From Anthoceros angustus (lineage: Eukaryota > Plantae > Anthocerotophyta): DNA of 64,000 bases. Below are positions 38,015-51,090 of this stretch, piece after piece. The notes below the pieces were generated by a model, which searched no databases, was not told the origin of the DNA, and saw nothing but the letters and a program-made list of their open reading frames with translations. Position 1 is the first letter of the stretch, and each line of letters starts with the position of its first letter. The translations under genes and the position numbers were made by a program. Location of the stretch: the NCBI GenBank assembly GCA_010909165.1, contig MU008218.1, positions 62,001-126,000 of the forward strand. Direction: 5' to 3'.

Positions 38015-41000
38015 AAAGAGGCCACATTTACCCTCTTTATCGTTGTAGACTTGAGATTCGTACCCAAGGGAGTGATTTCGTGTCAAGACAACCAAAACAT
38101 AGCCAATCCAACCAAAACACGGACATACAAAACATCTAGCGACAGAGCCCGGCTACTATCCTAACAACACTCAGACCCTGTGGCTATCTTAACCACGCCT
38201 GACCCTGTTGCTACCTTAGCAACGGACCGACCCGGTTGCTATCTTAGCAACCACCCTCTATTTTTAGCAGAGTGGGACCCATCTCGGGTTCGGGCGGCTA
38301 TTAATAGAAGGTGGGGGCCCACTTGGGGTCCAAGTGGATAAGATTGGACACCCTCTCTTATCCTTCCACAAAGTCGATCCACCAATGTGGTTGCCGATCA
38401 CACAACCCACCTCCTTACTCCGTAACACTTCCCGGATCTCTCTTTCTTCCCTCCAACCTTTCAGCTTTCCTCCCAAGCTTCATACAGTCCTCCCAGGCTC
38501 TCACGGCTCGAGGTACCTCTTGCATCTCTCTCCATACTCCCCAAGTTCCCTCTGCAACTCCCTTCCGCGCTCCTTGTTCTCACACCTCACGGCCTCATTC
38601 AATCCCCACTTTCTCAGCAAACATCACTTACAGACTTCCCCAATCCCTCTTACTTCTCTCCACAGCCAATCAGCAACTCCCCATGTTCAGCCTGTTCCAC
38701 TCCTCTCACAGTTCACTTTTCGCTCACATTTTCCAAGCATACAAACCCACGGACTCCGTCTCACTTCAGCCTCCTCTTCCACCCACACAGGCTCCCCGCC
38801 TTGTCTCCTTTTCCCACATGACCTTGACACCTGAAAAACTCAAACACAAGGTGAGTACTAGACAAGTCAAGAGAATGAGTAAGAGAATGGACAGCCTCCC
38901 GGCTTCACAACCCCTTCCTCTTATCCTTGGGAACTCCTCCAAGGAGATCACCAGTCTCCTCCTTGCTTTCCACCACTCTTGCGGATCGGTCACACGGATG
39001 GGCAACAGTAGTCTTCTCGGCTCCTCCTGGCGGAAAGCGTGTCTAGACTCACAAAGACTGGATCCGGTACCCCCAAACCCCGTGCTCACCCCAAACACCG
39101 AGACTTTAGGCCAACATTGCTTACATTTCATCAAGAGGCTGCCTCTTATACCCAAGATCGCCCACAAAAGTAGCTTGGCTGCTTGCCAAAATACCAATCG
39201 GTCTTAGCCTACCAAGCCTAGAGGCCTATCTCTTAATTCTATCCACTATGAGGAAGATTAGTCTATAACACATGGGCCTTCATCTATTCCAGGCCACTTA
39301 CCCCTATTATCCCTCCCGGCCTCCTAGGCCGCCTAGCCCCATGTTCTCCTCTTGCTCTTCTCCTCTTGGCTGGTTGGGCAATCTCTCCCACAAAATCTCC
39401 ACCTCCTCAGAGCTGGACTCCTCCCTCTCTTGTGCTCGCAGCATAGCCTGGTACTCCTCCTCGGTGAGCTCTTGAATCCTGGATGGGTCGGCTGAAAGTC
39501 TCCTCCATAAGAGTCCAACCCATAGGTAGGATCCAGTGCCCGTCAAGGCATGGATCAAGTACCTCCATGTCCCCCCTGTGCCCACAACAACATAAACTTT
39601 CAGGGAGACAATCTTCTCTCCAGCCAAGGAGAATCCAGGCACATGATTATCTTGATAAGCATCCTCAATCTAATGCACCATTGGGAAGTTAGACTTCTTA
39701 GGCGGTGCTTACCGCTCCCCAGCTGTTGTCCTCCTCACGGTCTTGTTGCCCCTTTCTTCCTTCTTGTGGCTTTGGTCTTGAGATTCGTACCCAAGGAGTG
39801 ATTTCGTGTCAAGACAACCAAAACATAGCCAATCCAACCAAAACACGGACATACAAAACATCTAGCATTCTGAGACCGCTACTATCCTAACAACACTCGG
39901 ACACATGGCTATCTTAGCCACGCGACCTGTTGCTACCTTAGCAGCAGACCAGGCCGGTTGCTATCTTAGCAACCACCCTCTATTTTTAGCAGAGTGGGAC
40001 CCATCTCGGGTTCAGGCCTGGCTATTAATAGAAGGGTGGGGGCCCACTTGGGGTCCAAGTGGATAAGATTGGACACCCTCTCTCTTATCCTTCCACAAAG
40101 TCAGACCCACCAATCAGGGTTGCCGATCACACAACCCACCTCCTTACTCTGGTAACACTTCCCCAGATCTCTCTTTCTTCCCTCCAACCTTTCAGCTTTC
40201 CTCCCAAGCTTCATACAGTCCTCCCCAGGCTCTCACAGCTTCCTGAGGTACCTCTTGCATCTCTCTCCATACTCCCCAAGTTCCTCTGCAACTCCTTCCG
40301 CTCCTTGTTCTCACACCTCACGGCCTCATTCAATCCCCACTTTCTCAGAAACATCACTTCAGACTTCTCCAATCCCTCTTACTTCTCTCCACCAATCGGC
40401 AACTCTCCATGTCGGCTGTTCCACTCCTCTCACGTTCACTTTTCGCTCACATTTTCCAAGCATACAAACCCACGGACTCCGTCTCACTTGACCTTCTCTT
40501 CCACCCACAGGCTCCCGCCTTGTCTCCTTTTCCCACATGACCTCGACACCTGAAAACTCAAACACAAGGTGAGTACTAGACAAGTCAAGAGAATGAGTAA
40601 GGGAATGGACAGCCTCCCCGGCTTCACAACCCCCTTCCTCTTATCCTTGGGAACTCCCCCAAGGAGACCACCAGGTTCCCTCCCCTTGCTTTCCACCACT
40701 CTTGCGGATCTGGTCACACAGATCTGGGCAACTTGGTAGTCTTCTCAGCTCCTCCTGTGACAGAGAAACAGTGTCTAGACTCACAGCACTGGATCTGGTA
40801 CCCCCCAAACCCCCGTGCTCAGTCCCAAACACCGAGACTTTAGGCCAACATTGCTTACATTTCATCAAGAGGGGCTGCCTCTTATACCCAAGATCAGCCC
40901 ACAAAAGCAGCTTGGCTGCTTGCCAAAAATACCAATCAGTCTTAGCCTACCAAGCCTAGAGGCCTATCTCTTAATTCTATCCACTATGAGGGAAGATTAG

Positions 41001-44000
41001 TCTATAACACATGGGCCTTCAGCTATTCCAGGGCCACTTACCCCTATTATCCCTCACAGGCCTCCTAGGCCGCCTAGCCCCATGTTCTCCTCTTGCTCTT
41101 CCTCTTGGCTGGTTGGGCAATCTCTCCCACAAATCTCCACCTCCTCGGTGAGCTCTTGAATCTGGATGGGTCGGTGAAAGTCTCCTCCCTCTCTCTTTGG
41201 CACAGTACTCCTCCTCGGTGAGCTCTTGAATCTGGATGGGTCGGTGAAAGTCTCCCGTAAGTCCAACCCATAGGTAGGATCCGGTGCCGTCAAGGCATGG
41301 ATCAAGTACCTCCATGTCCCCCCGTGCCCACAACAACATAAACTTTCGGGACAATCTTCTCTCCAGGAGAATCCGGGCACATGATTATCTTGATAAGCAT
41401 CCTCAATCTAATGCACCATTGGGAAGTTAGACTTCTTAGGCGGTGCTTACCGCTCCCCAGCTGTTGTCCTCCTCACGGTCTTGTTGCCCCTTTCTTCCTT
41501 GTGGCTTTGGTCTTGGAGCTTGTTACGCTTGTTGCTTCCTAGCAGTGCAGGTTGCTTCCTAGCAACGGCCGGCGGTTGCTTGCTTAGCAACCTCCTCTGC
41601 TAACTCGACAGATTCTTCCATAGGAGCCGCCTCTTCCACGGTGGCCCTCCTTGCAATCCACAGCCCTCTTGGCCTCCTTCCACCTTTCCTAGCCTCGTCC
41701 CTCTCCTTCTGTGGCGCTCGGTGAGGCATCCGAGGTTTCACTGCACTTGTGCATCGAAATAACATTGCAGCTCTCCTATGGTGCCTGTGTGTGAGAGTGA
41801 GCCATGAGGGCTTCCCGGTCCTTAGACTTGCAACTCCTCGGACCTTCCCTATTTCCACTTCCAAGCCGCTAGGCGTCCCTCCAAAACCTCCTTCTCCTTC
41901 TTCATCTTCCGAGCTCCTCCATTTGCTCCCCTGTTGCTTCCTTCTGCTGTAAACCTAACAAGGAGAGGACCAGAGCTATCGATCTTCCATCTCGCCCACA
42001 GTGCGTGCCATAGCTGAAACCAACTCCTGTAGGGTGATGTTAGGTCCCAAACCTTCTTTGGGAATGGGCTCCCTCCTTCCTATCATCTGGTGGTGGCCTG
42101 TCACAACTTCCGGTATACTTGAAAGCCACCCGTTGAGCAGTGGTCACTTTCTCGGATCACTCGGCCGTGCCCAAGGTTGGTGATTCCTCCTGTTGACTGT
42201 GGTTTCCCGCCAGGCTCTGGGATATTGGTGCTGCCACAGCCTTGCCCTTGTCTTATACATCCGGTGAGCTCCCGTCGTGCTCTTGTGGCTCTAGGTGTGG
42301 TTGGAGTCCCCGTTGCTCCCGGCTCCTCTTGGTACTGTTGGGGCCTTAGCTGTTGCCTTGTTATATGTGCTACCTTAGCCACGGTCACATTCCTTTTCAT
42401 GGACACTTGGACTTCTCATCTTCACTCCCGGTGCCACGGAGATGGCCTCTTCCTCCGACTCCTCTTTGGGCTTCCTTCTTTCAAACACGGCCTCCAGAAT
42501 GAAAGGTGAGACCATCTCCATTCCCTCCGGCAACTTGGTAGTCTTCTCGGCTCCTCCTGACAGAGAAAGGTTCTAGACTCACAAAGACTGGATCCGGTAC
42601 CCCCAAACCCCGTGCTCACCCCAAACACCGAGACTTTAGGCCAACATTGCTTACATTTCATCAAGAGGCTGCCTCTTATACCCAAGATCGCCCACAAAAG
42701 TAGCTTGGCTTGCCAAAATACCAATCTTAGCCTACCAAGCCTAGAGGCCTATCTCTTAATTCTATCCACTATGAGGGAAGATTAGTCTATAACACATGGG
42801 CCTTCAGCTATTCAGGCCACTTACCCCTATTATCCCTCCCGGCCTCCTAGGCCGCCTAGCCCCATGTTCTCCTCTTGCTCTTCTCCTCTTGGCTGGTTGG
42901 GCAATCTCTCCCACAAATCTCCACCTCCTCAGCTGGACTCCTCCCTCTCTTGTGCTCGCCGCATAGCCCTGTACTCCTCCTCGGTGAGCTCTTGAATCGG
43001 ATGGGTCGGTGAAAGTCTCCGTAAGAGTCCAACCCATAGGTAGGATCCGGTGCCGTCAAGGCATGGATCAAGTACCTCCATGTCCCCCTGTGCCCACAAC
43101 AACATAAACTTTCGGAGACAATCTTCTCTCCAGCCAAGGAGAATCCGGGCACATGATTATCTTGATAAGCATCCTCAATCTAATGCACCATTGGGAAGTT
43201 AGACTTCTTAGGCGGTGCTTACCCGCCTCCCGGCCTGCTTTGTCCTCCTCCGTCTTCTGCCCTTTCTTCCTTGTGGCTTTGGTCTTGGAGCTTGTTACGC
43301 TTGTTGCTTCCTAGCAGTGCAGGCTGTTGCTTCCTAGCAACGGCCGGCGGTTGCTTGCTTAGCAACCTCCTCTGCTAACTCAATGATTCTTCCATAGGAG
43401 CCTCTTCCACGGTGGCCCTCCTTGCAATCCCGGCCCTCTTGGCCTCCTTCCACCTTTCCTAGCCTCGTCCCTCTCCTTCTGTGGCGCTCGAGGCATCCGA
43501 GGTTTCACTGCACTTGTGCATCCGAAATAACATTCTGCAGCCTCCCTATGGTGCTGTGTCGGAGAGCCGAGCCATGAGGCTTCTGGTCCTTAGACTCACG
43601 CAACTCCTCGGACCTTCCCTATTTCCACTTCCAAGCCGCTAGGCGTCCCTCCAAAACCTCCTTCTCCTTCTTCATCTTGGAGCTCCTCTTGCTCCCCTGT
43701 TGCTTCCCTTGCCGCTGTAAACCTAACAAGGAGAGGACCAGAGCTATCTCGATCTTCCATCTCGCCCAGTGCCATAGCTGAAACCAACTCCTGTAGGGTG
43801 ATGTTAGGTCCCCGGACCTTCTTTGGGAATGGGCTCCCTCCTTCCTATCTGTCATGACCGCCACAACTTCCGGTATACTTGAAAGCCACCCGTTGAGCAG
43901 TGGTCACTTTCTCGGACCGCTCGGGTGCCCAAGGGTTGGGGCCGATTCCTCCTGTTGACTGTGGTTTCCCGCCCGGCTCGGGATATTGGTGCTGCCTCGG

Positions 44001-45903
44001 CCTTGCCCTTGTCTTGCTTGTCGTGAGCTCCCGTGCGCTCTTGTGGCTCTAGGTGTTGGAGTCCCCGTTGCTCCTCTTGGTACTGTAGCCTTAGCAACTA
44101 GCTGTTTTGTTAGCAACAAGGCCGCTACCTTAGCCACGGTCACATTCCTTTTCATGGACACTTGGACTTCTCATCTTCACTCCCGGTGCCACGGAGATGG
44201 CCTCTTCCTCCGACTCCTCTTTGGGCTTCCTTCTTTCAAACACCGGCCTCCAAATGAAAGGTCGAGACCATCTCCATTCCCTCCAAAGAACTTGGCATGG
44301 TCAAAACGTGGATTAAGAAGGGAGATAGAGGAGGGGCTAGGTGATGGTAGGGTCAAGTGGTCCCTCTCCACTGTGTCATAGAACATCCTGGCCCAATCTA
44401 TCTTGGACCCTCTCACCACCTCATAGAAAGACAAGGAAATGGTCGAATGTGCTCCGGCTTCTTAGTGAGTGAGAGCAGGATCCACTGGCTAATCCAGCCA
44501 TGTGGTCTAGCTTGTTGGTGACCCGGCCATTCTCCACTCTAGACAATGTGGGAGCAATGACCGCTTGTGCCTCCTGCGACTTTTGAGGAGATGGTTTCTG
44601 AAAGGGTCAATGATTATCCACATTCCTCTTGGTCTCTCATAAACCGGAGCAATTTGAATATCCAGTGCGGGGTTGGTCCTCACGTTGCCTTCCCTATGGC
44701 CTTCTCCCTCATGCGCTCTGCACACTCCAAAACCAACGTGGGGCTATTGTAGCACCACTTTTGTCCATGAAGGATGTGATGCTTAGCCACCAAAGACCCC
44801 GCCTTCACTCTCCGGTGCCCCATATTGGGCCATTGGGCGTCGTAATGGCCTCAATGGCGGCCGGAGTATTCTTCTTAGGCGCCATGCTCCCCGTCCCAAA
44901 TTCCCGCTTAGCCTCGACGCAAGACGGAGGATCCCCTGGAACTGCTGCTCGGCTTCGACCTCACGGTGGCGAGTGTCACCTGATTTTACTTGGTGGAATC
45001 ACGCAATCACGGTTAAGCGGTGACCATGCTCCGCCTCCTCCACCGCCCTTGTGGCGGTGACCATGCTCCGCCTCGATTATTCCAGCCCTCGTGTTACTCC
45101 TGCTCCACCCCGGCTACTCGGCATGCCCAACGACCCTTGTGGCGGTGACCATGCTCCCTTCCCAGTTATAAGAATCCCTATGTTTTCCAGACATTCCTCG
45201 AATGCTTCGGTCGTGCCTGTCCGACCACCGCTTTTCCACCAATTTTGCGGGCGATTCCTACGCCACTTCACAGCCCTATCAACCCGTGCTCTTCCAACTT
45301 CTTGCGGCACCGGCCCTATCAACCCGTGCTCTTCCAACTTCTTGCGGCACCGGCCCTATCCGCGCCGCATCCTCCGGACCGCCACCAATCCCGATTGGTC
45401 CTCCGCTCGTCGGCTGATGCCTTCAGCGACTCCTGCCACCGCCCTTGTGTCCTTGGCGTTCGCTCCGGTCTCCGTCCACAATTACGCTCGAGCTTGAGGC
45501 GCGGCGTCTTCAATCCGCTGGATTCGATGCAAATCCTCTTCCCGACTTAATTGCCAATAGGACCCCTTACTTCCCGTTTGGGTATTCCCTTGTAATTCCA
45601 TCTGATTGGATTTTCCGAAGTCATTGGAAAGAAACTCCAACTTGGTTGCTACCATAGCAACAGGCTCCCGAGTCGGTTGTGGTCATAGCAACAGGCCTGT
45701 TAGCAACGGCCCTAGCAACCGCGTTAGCAACCGGTCGAGCAGCCAACCCTCCAGGGTTCTGTCCAGGATCAGGACTAGACCCTCTTCCTCCTACTAGGCT
45801 CTAGTAGACTTTTCTTTATTTCCTAACCTACTTCACATTCCACTCCACACGATTCTATAACTTAAACACAAAACAAAAAACACTCCTTTCCGAAATTACG
45901 AGT
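38015..45903 (-). mobile_element. Nested unclassified repetitive element (~7.9 kb), itself internally duplicated: A (38051-39778), A'+B (39779-42527), partial A''+B' (42528-44283), unique C (to ~45900)
   Basis: Composition shifts abruptly to a C/T-rich plus strand. Repeated blocks include agattcgtacccaagg at 38054 and 39781, TAGCAAC clusters sit near both ends, and there are broken minus-strand ORFs (for example FYEVVRGSKIDWARMFYD). No RT, integrase or DDE motif was recognised. Confidence 0.6.
45272..45359 (+). repeat. 40-bp tandem repeat x2
   Basis: gccctatcaacccgtgctcttccaacttcttgcggcaccg occurs twice. Confidence 0.9.
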
Positions 45904-46879
45904 ACCATGTGGTCACCACAGGCGAGTCCATCGGTTTTCTCGCTCTGCATGTAAGGATGTGTCGGCAATAAATTGCCATGTCAAAAACTATTCCCAGCAT
46001 TTCTAGCAATTGAAAACATCGGCGGCTGTCAGCGGGAGAGGCGGAGGGAGGGTCTGGCGGTTTTGGCCAGCCATGTCGAGATGGAGTCGAAGGGAACAAG
46101 TTTCCCTTTTGCTTGTGATTTCGGTCACATGGCGCGGGCAGGAGTCAAGTGCGAACGGGTGGTCTTTTGTCCGGCGGCACGGTGCGGCGGAGGGGGCGGG
46201 AACTGACGGTTTTGAAAGAGGCTACAATCTGCGCCTCTTTCAAAACCACAGACGCCATGTGACCGGTTTGCCATCTCGTTTACGCTGCCTTCACATCTTG
46301 CGCTTTATCCTAACCAAGTACGAAATGGCTTGCACATCGACAGGACCCAGCATTCGTGAGTTCGGCAATTCCTCGCCGGTTCCAGGAGAACTCCAGCTTG
46401 GAAGACATGGTTTCGAAGTGCCTATACCTTTGCCGGAAACGGTTAGTTTCAATATTCGTCTTGTTAGGTTTGATCGAAAATCAAATCCTGTACCTTGGTG
46501 ACGGTGACAACAGAATTTGCTGTTCAGAAGGAAGCATACGACGTCTTCTGGCTGCAAACTGTGGCGCGATGTCGTGGTTGACAGTGCGCAGAATTTCCAG
46601 AAGGGTGGACATTGGGAGCACATGGAAATGCCATATGGTATCCGGATGCAGATGGAGGAGGACATGGATGTTGGGGAGGACCTCGCCTAGAGGAAAATGT
46701 CCCGGACGAGGTTCCAGATTTACAGCAAGATGCCGAGTCTAATGGCACACCGGGTAGTGCCCGTGTAGCTCGCCTGGCAGCAGCCCTCCACGAAGTGTGG
46801 GCGGGGAATTTTGCAGCTGCAGGCGGTCAACGGGCGGAGGCACCATGTTGCAGCAAACATGGGCCAGCAGCTGTTGTGG

Positions 46880-48016
46880 ACGACATGGACAACAAGGAGC
46901 TTGTCGGAGCAATACTACGGAAAAGGGGATTGCGGTGGGTCCAGGACCAACTGTTGGAGCTAACAAGTGGCGGCCAAGAGGAAGGGAATGTGGCGAAGCC
47001 CCGGGCTTTGCCACCATTGACATTTGGTGGCCTCAATGTGCCACGGCACAAGAAGTTCATGGAAGTCATCCGCAGCAAAGCTGCAAACGAGATTCCGAGC
47101 AAATGGGCGACTTGTCGCGAGCAAGGAGGAAGGAAGGCATGCGGTGAAGTGGCTTCCACGGTTCCCGATCTCTGGTGAAGTCCATGATTAGGTCGGAGTT
47201 TAGTCGGTGCGAGCGGAACAACAAATATGGAGGCAAGAAAGGCATACGCCTTAGCGGAGAAGAGTAGGGAAAAAAGCTGCAGCTTTGAAACCTCCACTGG
47301 GGGATGAAAAGGTGTGGAGGGATATTGTCACATGGGCACGAGTTGAACTCAGACAACACGGGAACTTTTTGCCGTCGAAGGCATCGCTTGCAGCAAAGGC
47401 GAGATTGGAGAAATCCAATGGACAAGGGCCAAACCCATGGGGCCAGTGTGGACGTGCTGCCTGGGAGTTCAAGTTCCAAGAAAAGTATGGGAGAGCCCCA
47501 ACCGACGACGAATGCGAATTTGGTGCACTCCGGCCACTAGCAAAAATGCATGAACTGTGGGATATGATGAAGCGGGGAGAACCACCTGTGGCAGACTTTC
47601 TGAAAGATCTGCGGGTCATAATAAGGGCTCAACGCGATGCCAAAACCCTGGAGGCCAAACGCAATTCAGGTAAGTGTGCAGGAATTAATTCCGATTTGGA
47701 TGTTGGTGCTTCAGATGAAGATGAAGACGGTGGGGAAGAGCCGGATGGGGATGACACATACGAGGACACAAATTCCGAGGACGAGGTGCTCGGAGGACGA
47801 GGGGACGGAGAAGAGTATGCAGAAGAGGGGGAAGGGACGGGTGCGAATGGGGATGAAGACAACAGGCAGAATGGAAAAAGCATTGGCATGTCACACATCT
47901 GCACATCAGAGTCACTAGGTGGAGGGGCATCGGCGTCAGACAACGACGATTTCGAGAAAGTGTATACTCGTTCTCGGGCGACGAAGCGGCCGATAGGTGG
48001 CCACGTCTGGCGGTAG
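46880..48016 (+). pseudogene. CACTA TnpA-like (Ptta/En/Spm Transposase_24-like) remnant
   Basis: Lies near the right TIR on the same strand as TnpD. Contains KPPLGDEKVW...GQCGRAAWEFKFQEKYGRAPT and an acidic tail. The resemblance is recalled, not searched. Confidence 0.55.
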
Positions 48017-48928
48017 GCGAATAGCGAGGGCGGCGGGGCGGTGAAGACAAAGGCCTCGGCGTCGAAGGGGAAGGAGAGAGGCGCGAAGTCCAGGGTGAGA
48101 CGTACTGATGGACTCATGAGGTTTGGGCTGCCTGTTAGTTCTCACGATGTTTCTTCTCATGCGAGCTGGCCGGTCATGGGCGTCGTCAATGTGGAGGGCT
48201 GCAACCATCCGCCAAGAGAACCAACAATGGAAAGGCACAAAGCGGAAAGGAGCACGGCTGTATCACGGAATGCGAAAAGAGCCAAAGGCCGCAAAAGTGT
48301 CATGGCGATGCAGCCGATCCGTCGCGCGCGAGTATAATTAGATCTCGAGGCCGCAGAAACTACAAAAACCATGAAATGATATGGACATGGTGCTTTGCAG
48401 TTGGTGTAACCCCTGGTGTATTGTGATTTTTGACCCGAAATAACGCGACTTCCTGTATAGCATCAGCTTTGTATGCATGACGTATGTATGAAATGACGCG
48501 GACATGAAGGCATCTTACATCACATCTGATCGGACGTATGTCGGCGAGTTGAGAGGCGTACATGGGGCCCGTGGGATGTACATGCCACATGTCCGGGCGG
48601 TGTGATGTCGGGACATGAGCCGTTGCACCGTGAAAGGGGCGGTGGAATGATTCGGGAGCGGATGGGGATGTCGGTAGCGTGTTAAGTTTGAAAAAAACCC
48701 GATGGGTAATTAATGCGTGGACCGGAAGGCCACAAACTCGACAAGGCGGAACCGAACGACTCCGACTCAAACCGGCCTAAAGTGTGTAACAAATTTTGTT
48801 GTCACGACCTTCATATTCGGCCCGGGGATCGGCCTAATGCATGTTACAAAACCGCCATAAACGTTACAAAAACCCCGAATCCCGTTATAAAACACCATAA
48901 CATGGACACCATGTTTCTAGTAGTGCAT

Positions 48929-49200
48929 CTTAGCTGATTTTCTTCGTAACTGCCAGAGTTTATCAGGCAATTTCTTCTAAGGCAAGTTTGGCTTCAAGCT
49001 TTCCTCTCTCGATTTCTAATCGAGCCTTTTTGGCTTCCTTCCTCTGCGTAATAAGCAGTTTGCCATGCTCCATCATGCCTTCCAACATTCTTTCGGTGGA
49101 TCTTTCGATCCGCGTGGTGAAGGCATCAACTATAGCTCTTTTATTTTTGCTCGGTACTTCTAGGGGAGGCACTAGTCACACCATTACCACCACTACTTCC
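48929..49200 (-). pseudogene. Degenerate coiled-coil coding fragment interrupted by the CACTA insertion (likely older TE ORF)
   Basis: KRAIVDAFTTRIERSTERMLEGMMEHGKLL...RLEIERGKLEAKLALEEIA, with stops, abuts the right TSD. Confidence 0.35.
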
Positions 49201-50599
49201 AGCTCCCATAGTCTCATGCCTGCCAAGTGTCTCCATCCATTGCTTGCTGTGCACTTGATGGAGTCTCCATCCATTCTGTTCCAAACTCAGGCACTTGGAT
49301 AGGGTGTGGTCCATAAACATTTATATAGTCATCCATATCTAGTGTGTCACTTAGTGACATAATTTTTGAAGGGGTTGAATAATCTCGAAGGGGGTTTTCC
49401 GTAAATAGTCTCTGAAGGGGGTTTTTTATGGGCCCTAAAACAGCGTTTTTAAGGCATTCCGGAAAACATCTCCGAAAAAAAAGGTGTCACCCACTAAAGT
49501 TCCTACTTTCCATCCAGCAATGTTTCTGTCGAATGGTGGTCGCAAACTCGAACCTATGGGATTAATGCAAAGTAGGAACGGTAAGGAAGTCCGTTCATGC
49601 CAGGAAGGAACGATTGTAAATTCAGTTTTTGGAGGAAAATGTGGTTTAGTAAGGACATAACAAAAGCCACGGACAGGGTATTTCCAAAACACAATAACAT
49701 CTGGAACCAGACGTACAACATTCACTCTGGGACCCCGGGACAAACCGTGATTTCACTTTCACTCATTACCAGAGTTCAATCCTTCGTCATCACTTGGTCC
49801 AGCTTCTCCAGCATTGTCATCACTATCTTCAGCGGCACTTTGACTCGCAGGCCGTATGAAGCTGCACAACTCGCAGAGCTTATCCCTTATCGCTTTTTTG
49901 TCCACCGCATACACATGTTTCTGTGCGTTCAACACAAACCCACAATACAGGATGGTTATTTCATTCACAAACACCTCATGTATGTTTTTTAGGTAATGGA
50001 CCTTATTCCCTTTTTTCCTCGCCATCAGACCAGATGGGTTGGCACTCTGACGGACTATATATTCCTACACATATCTCCCTTCGTACGCATCTGTATGCTC
50101 GGTCCGATACCAGTAGATAAGAAAGTGAGTCGTGGTGCATCTAGCTTCGCGTCAATGACTCTCCCCAATCCCGAATGGCTTGTTATGCGTGTCCATAGTG
50201 CACGCGGAAAACATCCCTTCGGTTCCATTATGTCCCCATTCATCGCGCCATTCCACTTGTTGCCTTCCGGCATTTGATATGCCCAAGTACATATCACGCT
50301 ATGGAGGTCCCTCAATAATGCCTCATCTAGCAAAGCTTCATCCGCACTTGAAGTGGTGGGGCTATGATCCACTTACGCGTGAAAACCACTTCCAAGGACT
50401 GTAGCACTAGCCCAATGTTATTCTCCACAATGATAGCAATCTCCTTCGGTCCACCCAAAAGGCTTCCCACCACTTGTACTCTTGAGTCACCTATGGACGC
50501 AAATCTTTTAACCCTTCACCAAATGGGCCACACCTTCCGTTGGTGATAGGATACCGTTCCTTCTTGTCCCCTCCTAGCTTCACCCGCATGCCGTAGGAT

Positions 50600-51090
50600 G
50601 GTGCTAAGGGAGGCTCACCGGCGCCTCCCTTAGCACCACCCGTCGATGCATCTTGAGACAAGCGGCGCCGGCCGGCGCCTCCCTTAGCACCACCACCGCC
50701 CATGGGCCGTGGCGCCTCCCCTAGCACACCGCCCATGGGCCGGCCGGCGCCCCCAACACGCGCCACCCATGGGCGGCGCCCTCCTAACACACCGCCCATG
50801 GTGCCGGCGGCGCCTCCCTAGCACACCGCCCATGGGCATCGGTGGCCGCCTCCCCAACACGCCTGCCCATGGGCCGGCCGCCTCCCCAACACGCCTGCCA
50901 CGCCCATGGTGCCGGCGCCGGCCGGCGCCCTCCTCCCCAACACGCGCCACCGCCCATGGCCGGCCGGCGCCCCCTCCTCCCCAACCGCCATGCCCCACCG
51001 CCCATGGGCGCCGGCCGGCAGTGCCCTCCCCTAGCACCCCCTGCCCTACCCATGGGCGCCGGCCGGCTGGCGCCCTCCCCATGGGCTCCT
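50600..51090 (+). repeat. Very GC-rich degenerate minisatellite, ~30-50-bp units built on CCCATGG...CCGGCGCC...(TAG/CAA)CAC
   Basis: About 11 CCATGG cores at short, irregular spacing. Confidence 0.9.

Larger units (their letters stand above)
26422..48925 (+). mobile_element. CACTA (En/Spm) DNA transposon, both ends present, internally degenerate, 22.5 kb
   Basis: The left end reads CACTACTAGAAACATGGTGCCCATGTTA and the reverse complement of the right end reads CACTACTAGAAACATGGTGTCCATGTTA (27/28). A 3-bp TSD CAT lies at 26419-26421 and 48926-48928, and TnpD fragments are inside. Confidence 0.95.

Noticed and set aside
38051-41520. 1.7-kb direct repeats as LTRs of a retrotransposon
   Set aside because: The copies are directly adjacent, lack TG...CA ends, PBS and PPT, and have no RT or integrase between them. 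A tandem duplication explains them better.
50600-51090. CRISPR-like array or Pro/Gly-rich gene
   Set aside because: The context is eukaryotic, the units are degenerate without unique spacers, and there are no cas genes. The ORFs arise from stop-codon scarcity in GC-rich repeats.
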